Part shown: piece after piece, positions 48,888 to 62,000 of the stretch
Layout of the letters: each line of letters opens with the position of its first letter
Position numbering within the stretch: the first letter of the stretch is position 1
NCBI GenBank assembly: GCA_002633005.1
Contig: NMRA01000373.1
Span: 186,001 to 250,000, forward strand
Direction of reading: 5' to 3'
Length of the DNA: 64,000 nt
Source: Phoronis australis
Lineage: Eukaryota > Animalia > Phoronida
The notes under the pieces: model-generated
The model's input: only the letters and a program-made list of their open reading frames with translations
Database searches by the model: none
Told to the model about the DNA's origin: nothing
Program-made: the position numbers and the translations under genes

Positions 48888-50379
48888 ATGTAAAATATTT
48901 AAAACATTGTTAAATTACATGTATAACATGAACAATACAGGAAGATACTTTCGACTTAATGCCTGTGTTGAATAGACGTCGGGGACGGCGCACGCAATGA
49001 CGACTGTCAACAATAGGAAACCAATGGCCTTCATGGTTGAGTTTCATAAATATTCACCTAAAAGGAAAGTTGTCAAATTTAAGTCATGATACAGACGAAA
49101 GGCAATGCGGTCAACCAGCTGCTTCCAATAGCAGTAAATTAAGCGCATATTTCACGTCACGTCGATGAAAACAAGACAACAATTGACTGAAATATAGCCC
49201 TACTGATATTTTTCATCAGCCAGTTTCCTTTGTTAACGGGTAATCCGCATCTACCATGCTTACGTTAACTATCACTTGCTGCAGTTGGCTGAGCGCGTAG
49301 CTCGTCGTCTGCGCCATGATTTAACTGTCTGCCTGCGTACGCCTGCCGCGATACAGCTTTTAAAAATTGTTGAAGATGAAATCATTGTCACAGTTGACGA
49401 GCTGGTTACAGAACTACAGCTAGAGGGCACTTTACCCAAGAATCATTTTTGTTTCTAACTTTGATCAGCAAAATGTATTTTTACAAAATAAGACTTTATA
49501 AGTGGGCCTCAGGACATGAATTCATCTCAAGGGCATGTATTCTCTGAACGAACGACTCAGTTTAGAAAGGACGTGTACATCTAGATTCTGAACGCTGACT
49601 ACATGTACAACGACATAAAACAGATACAGTCGTGCAGTTAACGAAAACGTGACACTGAAATCACCTCTAGGTCTTATAAGATAGTCCAACTAAACAATGA
49701 CACAGCTGGACGCTTCACGACTTCAAACCGTTCATATTGGTTGGCATGTTTTTAACGCATTAAGTTATAAATATAAAAATGTACATGATGCTTTTAAGCT
49801 GCAGCACGGTAACATCTTTTCACCAAGGGCCTCTTAGATCGCACCCCAACTGTACTATACGTAACCCCCTATGCGTAAAAATTACTTTTGATTTAGAAAA
49901 TATACCGCTACAAATCTGATCGTACATTGTTTCTTACTCAGATTAGATAGGATTCGTTGACTTGGAAGGAACTGGTAGTTCTTTACAGCTTGAATGGGAC
50001 GAGGCTCGATAATTTGTCGTGTCACAACACATCATTTTGTGGTGTACATAGTCTCAAGTACTACCGAACTGTAAGTTCTTCCATAGCCAAGAAATCATTC
50101 CTCATTTGAGTAAGAAGTTGAGATCACTTTTAAAGCGGTGAGTGATCAAAATCAAAAGTTTTTTTGACTGTCAAGGCAGGTTTTTAGTCTTCTCGCGTCA
50201 TGTTACTTCTCTACGAGAACAAAGAACGAAAGGACGAAAGCAATTGAATTGAAAGGTGGTCTGTATAGCGGTAGGCATGGGCGGCAAACCTTTTCGCTGC
50301 CCACAGGTAGTATCGACTAGTGGTATCTTAGGTCAGCGCAGACGGTTATTTATGAGATGATGTGTTCGCTACAAATCAT

Positions 50380-51045
50380 TGGACCACAGCTGAACTGATA
50401 GCTCAGAGGACATGAAAAAATGTTGTGGAAAGCCTTCGCACAGTCTGAAAGAACTACCGGATGTTTAATAAAATAGTTGTCCTCGCCTTACCGTACTGAG
50501 CTGTCAGCTCAGTTATGATTTACTGGAGGCAGACAGCTCGGCTCGTAGCTATTCCTCTGCGCTGGCTATGCTTTCCTGCACACGGCTCATAAAGCTGGTT
50601 GATACGCATGGAGATGAACTTCGACCAACTTCAGTACATTTTTATTGCAATAAAGTGAAGCGTTGTAAACGCTACAACAATCTAAAGCCGGGCTGTTAAA
50701 AGAGTCGTTTTTTGCAAGTAAAAGTATAAAATTGGTCTAGAGGCTAGTATAGCATGTTGCGGCAAACTATATTTACAAATGGCATACTGTCTTTATTACT
50801 CAACGTCAGCAACAACATACGAAAAGACTCCAACACACGCCTATGCTACATTCCATCTCCATGGACTTGCGCCGAAAAATCTTCACATATGGAACGGCCA
50901 CCGTGAATTATGCTCCCTAATTCATGAATTATATCTTCAAGAAACTACTACTGGATATGTCTCCGTTGAAAAAACAAATCTCTGGTGAATAGTTTGGCTC
51001 AATAGTACAACAAAGCATGATATGTGAAACGATCAGCCAAGCAAG
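50380..51045 (+). mobile_element. Possible highly decayed Harbinger remnant (MADF-like and transposase N-terminus)
   Basis: Weak peptides WTTAELIAQ..MLW, HRELCSLIHELYLQET and GSIVQQSMICETISQ; many disruptions. Confidence 0.25.
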
Positions 51046-54000
51046 TAAAGGGAAAAAATCTCCATCATGTAATATAGTGCGTCGGTGACGTCACAGGCTC
51101 TGTTTTCGCCCAATGTTTTTGTAATTGTTTAGTAGGCAACTCGTGCGCTAACACTATTTGCACGCAATTGTCTACCGGGAAGGCGTGCATCTTTCAAGCC
51201 ACAGTCTCCAGCGAAGTTCTCGGCACATCAAAGGCTTGATGTGGCAGTCGCTGTTCATGTTCTTGGCCGAATGCGTATTGGATGAGATAATTGCTGTTGT
51301 GACAACGCGCCTACTAAGCGTATGAGTTTCAAAGTAAAAAATAAAAAGCAACTTAAAAAAGGCAGTCTATCAAGATAACTGTTTTTAAAATTGAAAAATA
51401 AATATTAACCGTCTTCGAAATGTTACGATCGGTGTATTATTAGAGAAGTTAACGAACAGATTTTCTCCAGCAGCGCAGCTGAGACACACGCATTAATTAA
51501 CTTGCATGGAAGGACGGGTTAGTCACAGTCTGGCTTATAGCTTTGGCATGACGGAAGGCCAAATGCTGGTGTAAGAGTTGTCTAACGTTCTAACAACTTT
51601 CCTAAGACTGACCTTCAGTATCTTAAAAAATAAAATCGATTGAATTTTAAAGAAATATTTTAAAACCTGTAAAAAACGGTATACTCTCTTAAACAGTCAT
51701 GACAAATGAAACTTTGATCCTAAGACAATTACCAAAATTTTCGATTACTAAGGGTCTCATTTCCATTCTGTTACGCATACATGACAACCTTACTAACAGT
51801 GAACTTATTTCTTTTTAAGATAAGCTAACAAATACATATTGCCTATCATACAACTCACAAGATCCAGTCGATCTGGTCCCTCCGGAATACCAAGCTACGA
51901 ATGACCTTATCTGTTGTTGATTTCCTGCTTTACACCAAGTCGCCTTTGCGTGACCGCTACAACACGAGCGTGACCATGATTACATTGAGCTGGAGAGTAA
52001 AGGATATAAGTAATAGCACTACTTTTCATGCGTCCCTAAAAAAATTAAAAATGTTTTTTTTTGTAAATTTCGGCTGTGAAGCTGTCAGAGCGAAAATTCC
52101 AACACAAGATGCTGTAGGTAAAAGATGTTACACAGAACTAAACGTCTTGAAGCTGATAGGACAGAAGGTTGAAGGTTTGGGCGAAACATGACTCGATCAG
52201 GAACTCATGAACTATTGCTCTTCCTCGGAGCCAAAGGTCCCGTTTACACTACAAAAGTTGATGAGATCAGCGTACACGGAACCTTCTGACCGGGTGCAAG
52301 TATGTGTGTAAACAGAACTGACACAGAGAATATTGAAACCACAGTGTCAACTTTTGTCATCCGCTTGTGAGTTAGAGCAAGTTGCGCCAGATCATTTTGC
52401 TCCGTGTCAACTATATACGCCTAAACGCGAAACTGGGGCTACATGCAGGTGAAATTGATCATCTCTTTTGCGCTTGCGCAAAACGCACATGTAAATACAG
52501 GTAATCTTTTTCGAGCAATTTCTACGGTTTGCCAGTCAGCTATTCAGTGCCTTGTACTTTAACCACGATTTATTTTGTCAGGAAATTGCCAGAATAGTAC
52601 ACACGGTTAACATTCATGACTTGTTTCCGTTCGTAATTGATTATGTACAGTAGACCTACTGATGAAAACGTTAATCAGATATCAAAAAAGTCGCTGTAAC
52701 GAATTACGTACACTAGGGAAGGGGGGGACTAAAGGGGATAATAAATCGTTTAGCCAATTTTGTGATGATCAACGCACACTATTAAGAGCGGAACGGGATA
52801 GTGTCACAGAACTTACATCAAAGTGACAATAAGGTCATGCTCTATCTAGAGAAGATAACCCTTATCATCGCTAGAGAAAATAACACCGGCAAAGTCGTAA
52901 GGATTACTGTATTTGGCCGCTCTAAATCTATAAGATTTTCGGTAATTGTTTTATGTCGTTTTATATACGTGACTCACTTTTCCCAATTCTGTACAGATGT
53001 TAGTGTCACTATATACAATAATTGAAAAACACCTCACAAATAACAACTGAACCAAATGTAGAGCACAAATCATCAAATCGTCAAATACCATTTAATATTT
53101 TAATTTTAACTAACTAGATGAGAATTAAGGTGAAAACAGTGTTTTAAATACACAAACACAACTTAAACGATATAACGACCTCGTTTGGCCAACTGGTCGT
53201 GAATGAGTATTTGCTGTGGTAAACATATTACTACGCCAAAACTCGGAAATCATAACCTCCGGGTCCTAACCGTTTTGTATTTAATAAATATCAGCAAAAA
53301 TTCGTTAATAGTTATAACAAGTTTTGTATTATAATGTTCTTTTATTAGATCAATGAACCTTTTTCAAGTATATCTCTTCTTTAACACAAAGTCTTGTTCT
53401 GATCGTCTGCTCAACCTACTGCCGGTCCGGTACTACAAGGAGCAAAAAAATCTTGTAAATGCGCGTCCAGTATTGTTTAAATCGGCTTGCATGTCACTTA
53501 TATCTATATAATAACCCACAGTTATCAGCGCGTACATGTACGTTGTATAACATGTATTTAGTTGGTGGCGCATCCGAAGTGAGTGGTTAAATATTAAGTA
53601 ACAATTGGAAAAAGAGCATGTTTACATGTACATGCATACGTATACGTATACGTATACGTATATGTGTGTATATATAAAGCAACACAAAGTGTTTCATGCT
53701 ATCAAAAACATTTTTGTATTGAGCTTTCACGTTACGAAAAATAGAGGTAAATTAAAGTTTTATATCGCACTGTTTAGCTGGCTAAAACGAAAATCGAATT
53801 AGATTCTTGATCCTAGTAAAACCGGTCTCATAATATTTCTTGCTCTGACAGGATCCCATTACCAACAAGAACATCAACTTGTGAACTTGCTTCAGAGGTC
53901 AGGTTCATTGGAGATGTCCATCCCTAAAATTGGGGAATAGAAAATGACACACATGACCAGAGCTGTTTGCTCATTGAAAGACAATCCGAGAATGGCAGCT

Positions 54001-54324
54001 AAATAGTGGTAAAATACAGCTTTAAATATCAAGTACAGTTGCAGCTTTAAGTAGATATGTTATGATATACTTTCGATCGAATTGATAAGTACTGAATCAC
54101 TGAATTTTATAGAACATAAAATGATTATTTTCGGGTATTCAGTTATAACTTTCCAAGTCAAACAACAAATCACTTTCGGAGATCTCTACAGATTGGCGGA
54201 TATTTTCTATTGTACCTTTAAAGTCAACAACGTTATTGGATTAACAACGTCTCAGATCCATTCACTTTCATCAGAGCTTGATAACATACCGGGAATGCAT
54301 GTGAACAAACTTGTATGTTATTCT

Positions 54325-54552
54325 AGGGCCCGCACCAAGAAACTAAATTAAGTTCATTTTCTATTTAAGACTTGTCTCAACTTAAAAACTTCCTCTTATC
54401 GTAAGTTAGTAAAATTAAGACAAAACTTTAGTCAAAAACTTAAGTCATCCAAATTCAGGATCTCTTTCTTGAAACAGATTTGAAACAAATTTAAGTTTTA
54501 TCTTAAAATTGACTATAAATTAAAAATCGTCAGTTTTTTTGTAGCGGGCCCT
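54325..54552. mobile_element. Harbinger-type MITE (agggcccgc...gcgggccct)
   Basis: TIR agggcccgc[a/t]..aa.aaact; internal ttaag/cttaa repeats. Confidence 0.55.
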
Positions 54553-55121
54553 TGTATTATTAAGCCTTTCGGACTGGAGACGGTAACAATACTAAACGTT
54601 TTAGCGACAAATAAGTTCATTACGCACTGCAAAAATCAGTTGACATTGCGAGTGAATGTTGAAAGAGCAAACATGTACACGGCATGTATAGGTTATGTTG
54701 ACCGAAAACAAGTTTTCACCGAATAATTAACCGAAGACCTTGAGATTTTCCCGTGTCCCAACTTTTTTGTCGGCTTCGACAAATCGTCTTAATTTGAACT
54801 GAGAAATACGAGTTCTCAAAAACGGCTCGGTGGGTTTTGATGAAACTTTCCAAAATTGATATTCAATCTTAAAAACGCCTTCAGGATTTTTGATATAAAG
54901 GCCTAGTTTTTGCAAATACGACTGCTAATTTTTACAACACCTTCTGCTTTGCGAGTTGATTTGTCATAGAGACCGAACTAAGAGACTAATTGAAATTCCT
55001 AACAACGCTTTTGAGTTAAATGGTGAAGTTTCCATTTAAAAAGGTTTCAAATCGACCGAGGCGTTATTTTCCCATGAATGCACCTTTCTCAAAATTGAAA
55101 TTTTGACTTAAAAGTGTTATT

Positions 55122-55122
<1 letters not shown>

Positions 55123-55183
<61 letters not shown>
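55123..55183 (+). repeat. (TAA)n microsatellite, ~20 units
   Basis: Direct observation; explains the poly-Leu ORF. Confidence 0.95.
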
Positions 55184-55184
<1 letters not shown>

Positions 55185-55689
55185 GCACATAAGTATAAAA
55201 TCCATTTGTGTAATATCTGATCTTTTTTCTTTCAGGAAATGTATCTGTCACCATAAACGTCTTGTAATTCCTACAGCGGGCAACACAATCTTGACAAATA
55301 GTATCACTTCGGAACTGTGTAGACGGAACATCGCCTCGGAAACTTGCGTTGTAGTTTTGTCTATTCCGGAGATTAGGCCTCAAGTCACTCGAGTAGTGTA
55401 CAGTTTGGGAAAGTTGGTTTTATTAGGATCGTGCATTGAAGGTAAAATTTGAAAGGGCAGGGTTCCGGGTGTCCCTGGTGCACTGTTTGTGTTGATAGGT
55501 AATACATGCAATATTAAACACACAACGTGTCTTTTGAGTTAACCACATGGAGGATTCACAACTTTTTTGAAATCAGTAATTCACAATATGAAATTTTAAA
55601 GCAATTCCCCGGGGTCTGTTTCATGAAGGTGACTTATGACTTAAGTCAGAAATTTGGTCTTACGCTCCCACTTTGCAGAATAAAAGTTA

Positions 55690-55756
55690 AGCCATGTAGC
55701 CATGTAGCCATGTAGCAATGTAGCCATGTAGTCATGTAGCCATGTAGACATGTAGC
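55690..55756 (+). repeat. 8-bp tandem repeat (agccatgt) x~8
   Basis: Direct observation. Confidence 0.9.
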
Positions 55757-57244
55757 ACATCACAACCTAGAAACAATTGATACACACCTCATATACTCGA
55801 AGTTATGGGTATATTCTCAGAGAATGTGCAGTTTTCGTAAAGTGAGATTGAAATATTTTCCTAAATGGTTGTATGGTGCGTTATGTTTTACTTAAATCAC
55901 TTTTTACGAAACAGTCACCCGATGTAATGTGCAGATGCTCGTCGAGTTATATAATCAAATATACGTGTGGATAATGCTGAAGGAACTACCGCGTAAATCC
56001 GAAGTCGTATGTACTGCGAATATTTACCCCTCACACTATTGAATCCTACATATTTGGTGATTTTAGCAGGAATTATTGATTACGCGACAATGTTTCCTGA
56101 TGGCAGAGAATTATAAAGAGCATCACAAAGTTTGGTTTCTTTTTCCTATTCAACTCTTACACTTTAGTAATTTGTTGTTACTAGCGAGTGTTTCAGATAC
56201 TATTGGCAAATGAAGATTTTTCTTGTCCAACAGTCATTTACAAAGTTTAAGAATTCTTTTGTGACTGACATAAAAGTCATGAACTTATGTAAGTTTGACT
56301 TACTCTAATTATAAGAGTTTTCAAAATTAGTCCTGAGCAACGTAGAGTCAACTATTCACTTTTTACTGATCCAATAGCTGAAGAACTTGACTGTCAAAAC
56401 CCTGCAGAAACCTGGTAGAAACAATTCTAATGCAACCAAGGACCAACTTCCAGCAAAGGCAGAACTGAAGGGACCATGAATTTGTAATCTTGTCACAATG
56501 TAACGCCACTTAAGATACACGCAACATACAAGTAATGCCTGGACGTGCTTTTTGTCGCCCACCGCGAGTTAATGCGAAGCAGGGAACATATAGTATTCAC
56601 CTACGTACGTACTTTCACAGGTCACACAACGCGATCGGTGCCGCGATGGCTACAAGAGGAAATGATTTTGTCCATGCTTCGTAAAAGAAGCTGCAAATTT
56701 TGTTCATATTTGATACTAAGCAGTAGGTGGGACATCTCGAGGCACCAGTCACTTTTGATTTTAACCTAGAAAATGTTGTTACCTCAATATCTCCTGGAAG
56801 TAGCTACTGTTGTTCATATTTCAGTTGTGGATCTTCCAAGGTGTAGCTGGAGCATCTCCAGGTGCCAGTCGATTTTGGTGACCCCTGACATAATTTTCAG
56901 TTGGTGTCATGATGGAGCCGTAGACTCATGATCAGACAAGTATCTATGATGGAACTGAGATCACATAACACAAATGATTGAAAAACTTATGAAAAACAAC
57001 GAAGTCACGAAAACCAGATTTATTATGGTCGTTGATTTGATGTCAACCTTTGGCTTAGGCAGAGTTCTGAAGACGCAAAAAGATCGCGAAGAAACTTGGT
57101 TTGATCACGTGCTTCGCTTAGAAAACATGGCGATAAGTCGCGCGGCGTTTCGCGGGATTCCAACGTCTAGGGAACGCAAGCCTAGTTTTCTATCAGTAGC
57201 AGTAACAGACGATATTATATCATCCGACGGCACTTGGCGTTGGT

Positions 57245-57387
57245 TCAGCACCGGCTGCAGGGCCACAGCTGAAACCATGGATGCCTCCGATGGTAACGAA
57301 TTCACTGCGACATTCTGTAGTCACATTGGCACTTCATTACTCGACAATGTCTTCCCCCATCCCCTTGCCAGTATGCAGATATTGGTC
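57245..57387 (-). pseudogene. Orphan PLA2 terminal exon (third paralog) with in-frame TGA at a conserved Cys
   Basis: RPISAYWQGDGGRHCRVMKCQCDYRMSQ*IRYHRRHPWFQLWPCSRC*; same 143-nt length, intact cttgtag acceptor; 3' flank (56940-57245) paralogous to the other copies. Confidence 0.8.
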
Positions 57388-57659
57388 CTACAAGGTGATA
57401 TACACATACACATATCAGTATAGCAGCCCTTTGTTATAAACTTCGTTGAAAACACAACTAAACTTCTTGTTTGAAAGCTTGATACTAAGTAGCTCGTAGT
57501 GTCAGAACAATCTCCTTTCTTCAGGTGACCAGGGTTAAATTGGACAAACGGTGTGACTGTTCTCTCTCGCGACGGCTGTCCATGCATTTGCGGGGGGGTC
57601 CATTCGAGATCATTTTGTACACCAACATGGCCGGAAAATAGCTGGCAAGAAAGAGTGGA

Positions 57660-58015
57660 CAATACCATAACTCGCTATGGGGAAAATGACTCATTTTTGC
57701 TAAAGATTTTGGAATCGCTATTGATCTGTCACGAAAAACCTGTGTTGAATGAGCAGCTCACTGGCTCTGTTTCGATAGAGTTGTGGGCTTCCTACCGAGT
57801 GTTTCATTCACACTCTCTGCTTGTACGCCCCTCTTCGCGCTGTCACGTGTATTTCACTGTTTATTTTGCTACGTATATGTTCATCCAACTTATTGCCTGA
57901 TGATGAGACATGAAGTCTCGAAATATAGCTAGTGTTTGAATTTCTTTGTTTGTTATGTCTCTCGGTGTTTTGTAATATAGCTGCACACCTGAAGAAAGGA
58001 GAATAATCCGACACT
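57660..58015 (+). mobile_element. Penelope-like retroelement 3' remnant (GIY-YIG C-terminus plus hammerhead-bearing terminal repeat)
   Basis: ENDSFLLKILESLLICHEKPVLNEQLTGSVSIEL matches the L..LES..I...KP.LN.Q end of PLE GIY-YIG endonucleases; hammerhead motifs follow. Confidence 0.7.
57895..57929 (+). ncRNA. Minimal type I hammerhead ribozyme motif
   Basis: GC-CUGAUGA-U-GAGAC(AUGAA)GUCUC-GAAA-UA-UA-GC: intact core boxes, 5-bp stem II, palindromic minimal stem III, weak stem I. Confidence 0.7.
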
Positions 58016-59055
58016 ACGAGCGACTTAGTATCAAACTTTTAAACAAAACGTTTAGTCGTGCTTTCAACGACATAGACATATATATGAAACAGTACAGAGC
58101 AGGGGAAACCCTGTACAATAAAGAAGGGACTTCAAGCACGCTTTGACGTTCTCTACAAAATACATTGTGACAATGAACACAATAGATGATTATACGCAAC
58201 CAGTTTCCAATAAAGCGTCTCCCGGCGTCAGTGTATAACAGAATTCAATTTCTCAGACCACATAGAGTATTAAACCAGAATGGTAGGCCATAACGTTTTT
58301 TCCATTAACTTTATTACTTGCAGATCATCCGATCTGATTTAATTCTTCTTTCCATATATAATGCTCTTTTGCTGACGCCCCCCACAAATCCCAAAAAGGA
58401 AAAAAGCGCGCAGTTTTCTAAAAATCCAAAGCTAGTGCAAATTTTCGTTTGCAGCAGCATTTCCGAAAAGTATTTTCAGACACTGCATTAGGGGAAGCTT
58501 TGTAACTATTGTCAGAAAAAATAGCACAGCTATGGCATCGGTGACGCTGGTTCGGGACTGCAAATAGTCGCAGACGGGAGCAACAAATTATCTGCATGAT
58601 CCACTGAATCAACAGCAGGCTACGACAGTAAAGTGTAGCTCTTCTGCAACATTGTGAACAGAATGGGGGGATACGAGTGTGCATGTAAACTTGTCCCTTA
58701 TCCGTCAAATGCAAAGTGGGATGGCTGATGATCTTTTAGGACAGTCAAATGTTGAGTTAGTTGGGGCGTAAACTGACTGACATCGAAGCACTACGTCATC
58801 GCTGACCAAACGACGTCTTATTGGTCCCACAGTAAATGGGAGGAAACTTGACACACTTGGGAAGTACATTTCTAGTCAACTCTGACGCGCTTCGATGACA
58901 CGTAACGTCTCAGAAAAGACCCGTGAGAAGGTGACGCTAGGGGCGTTCCATTTTTATCTAAACCTGCTAGTTATGAATAAGGCGCTAATTCGCTCTGTAG
59001 GTGTAGGTAGGGTGTCGCTTTTCTGTCCTTAAATTTTCTGTTGTTAGTTATGCTC

Positions 59056-62000
59056 CTTGTTATAATTGAAATGTCTTTACTGTTGCAGTCCTTCATGAGT
59101 GTCCTGATCTTGGTGTGAATTCTTTATTGTTTTTACTTCATCGATGGTAATCTTCTGGAGATACGCTGTTTGATCGATAGATACTAAACCTATATTTTGA
59201 ATTACTAGCCGAATCTGCTGATCAATCCAATTTCCGAGGGAAGTATGTTTTCGTTTTGCCATACACCACTGCAGGCGCACAACGGGTCTTTAGTTTTTAA
59301 GTGTAGGAAGCAGTATACAAGTCAGGATTTGATACTTGCAATCAGTAAGATTCAGCTGTTTGTCTTGATAGAACCGTAGCCTCTTCACTAGATGGAACCA
59401 AGATCGCATAATATATTGAAAAACAACGAAATCAAGAAAAGCAGATTTATTTTGCTCACTGATTTGAGGTCAACATTTAATGCGACTTGGGCTGAGTTCC
59501 GTAGACGGGAAAAAGCTCGCGAAGGAAACTTGTGTGCCTGCCTCGCTTGTAACACATGGCGATTATTTGGCGCGTTATTTTAGCGAGATCCTCGCGTCTA
59601 CGGAACGCATACCTATCTTTTTATAAATAGCAGTGGCAAATGTTTTCGTATGTCATCCGACGCCACCTGGCGGTGGTTCAGCATCGTCTCTGGGGCCAAC
59701 ACTGATACTTTCGAGTCCACCGTTGGTAACGAATACACTGCGACATTTGGTAGTCACATCGGCACTTCATCACTCGGCAATGTCTTTTCGTATCCCGTCG
59801 CGAGTAAGCTGATACTCGTTCTACAAGAGGATATAAAGGAAAAACCTGTACCTAAAGGTGCATTAAATCGTTTGCAGGACTAAGAGTCACGTCAGGAATC
59901 TTTGGTATGGACCTACATGAACTAATCGATTAATAGGAAGCTGTAGTTCAACTAATTCCAGCGCCCCACATGGTAGGCCTACTTTTTCGCTTACTTTTAT
60001 AAATACTGGCAATAGGAGGCGCCAAATCATGTTATTGCAAAGAAAGATGAAATGGTGACTTCATGCACAGCTAAATGATATTGAATACGTCAGTGTTAAG
60101 TTCCAAGCAGCTTCAAATATTTCAAGCTATCTTTGCGCCACATATGTATAAAGACGTCAGCAAGAGTTTCTCAACTTTAGAGACACAAAACACGCATTTC
60201 AACAAATTTAACTATTCCCACTAATCGTTGCGTCATCTGAGGGCGGGTACATAATGTACATGACAACTTGAGAGACACGATTAGGTAGATCAAGTAGAAC
60301 ACGCATTTCCAATAATTCAACTATTCCTACAAATCGCTGCGCCACATGCGGGAAGATACATAAAGTACATGAAGACTTGACGTGAGCTGCCAACTCAGCT
60401 ATTGTGTACTTTAGGCAGACAGCTGAGCTCAAATCTCTCCGTCTGTTGTGGCCATTAAGTATGAAAACTGTTAAAAATTCCCAAAATTTGCGTTCACATG
60501 GAACTTTCAAATACCATTGATGCACGGAGGTCCACAAGACTGGTAGGAATTAAAAATTTCCAATTTTGCAAGAGGATCTATCAAATTTAGGACTTTTATG
60601 ATTTCCATAAAAATTCTAATATTGTATAAAACGAAAACATAATGATACATTAAAGAACGGTAGCAGTGTTCTGAGATCTCATGTGTAACATTGATATAAA
60701 AAAATATCATATTATTGACATCGTTGTTTTGCTGTCAATGTATGTTTATTTTTTAAATTTTAATAAGGTCACGTGACCCAATTAATGGTAGATTGATAAA
60801 AAGTCAAAAATCAGATTGAATATTCATTGTTGTTACGGAAAGTATATACTCAGTTAAAATGTATAGTTTTGAAGATATTTGGCTTTCGTCAGGTGTTACG
60901 CTGGTCTGAAGAAGTTGGTCTTTTTTAAAAGTCATAGTTAATCAAATCATAGTCTTCGAGTGTTTAAGATTATGTAGGACCATAAAAAAAATTCAAATAT
61001 GGTTAACTTTTGAACATCTTGTCTCAAAAATGGCTAAATGGATTTCAGATACTATACTTTATGCATTGCTTTTGAAAACGCGGCTGGGAATTCGCGTTTT
61101 TAAAATGTTCCACGCATGAAGTTGCTATTAATGAATAGGAAATTTATTAGTGTGTTTTGGAAAAAGTCAATGTTTGCATAAAAACGGAAAAAAATGATAA
61201 TTTAGGAAACTGTAGCAACATTTTTGAGATTTCATCCTGAACATTTAAATGAAAATTGGTCATGTTATTGATATCGTTGTTTTGTTATCAATTTACCTTT
61301 TTGCGAAACGTTACCAAAAAGGTCATGATCACGTGGCCAAATTAATAGCAAATTGGTAAAAATCAAAGAACTAAAACTTACAGAAAACATATACTTTTAC
61401 TGAGTTAAAATGTATGTGTATTTGGCTAAATACACCAGATGTCGACAAGGTCCTACATAACCTTTACTGTAACATCGTTGAAAACGCCTTAAATGTGGAA
61501 ATATTTCTTTGATGCGTTACCAGTAATTGTAGTTGGTGCAGTTTCTACAAATAGAACAACCCTGAAAATAACTTACTGCACCCCATACGTCGAGCCCTGC
61601 AGGAATATGTCTTGTATCCAAGAAAGTACAGTCTCCACGAGGACATGCGACATCCGCGAGTGGCCAGAATCCTGTCGTAACAGCGGTCGTGTATTCTACA
61701 GCAACTACAACGATGAATAGTAGAATTCCTGAAGACGTGTGGCACACACAGCTCGCTCTTCGTATTCTCCAAATCAGCTATGCAAAAGTTCTCAAACAGC
61801 CTCAGGATCTGCAACTTTTGAACAGTCTGTTTTAAGACACGAAATTTGATTAGTGTTTACGTTAATACTGGGCGAGAAAAAACTGAGTTTTTTTATCTCA
61901 TCGCACCCGATGAAGAAGGAGTGACGCGTTTGCAGGCACTGATACCTGCAGTGACAAGCCAATCTACTACACTTGATCTCAAACATTAACGTTCTTTCAA

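Noticed and set aside
55117-55383. ORF with a poly-Leu tail
   Set aside because: It is a translation of the (TAA)n microsatellite.
56974-57423. 149-aa plus-strand ORF and its paralogous ORFs at 43175 and 59650 as a new gene family
   Set aside because: They are antisense shadows of the PLA2 last exon and 3' UTR; the frame is not preserved across copies.
58418-58714. Cys-rich minus-strand ORF as the PLA2 last exon
   Set aside because: It lacks the C-x-C-D motif; the true last exons are at 59678-59820 and 43203-43345.
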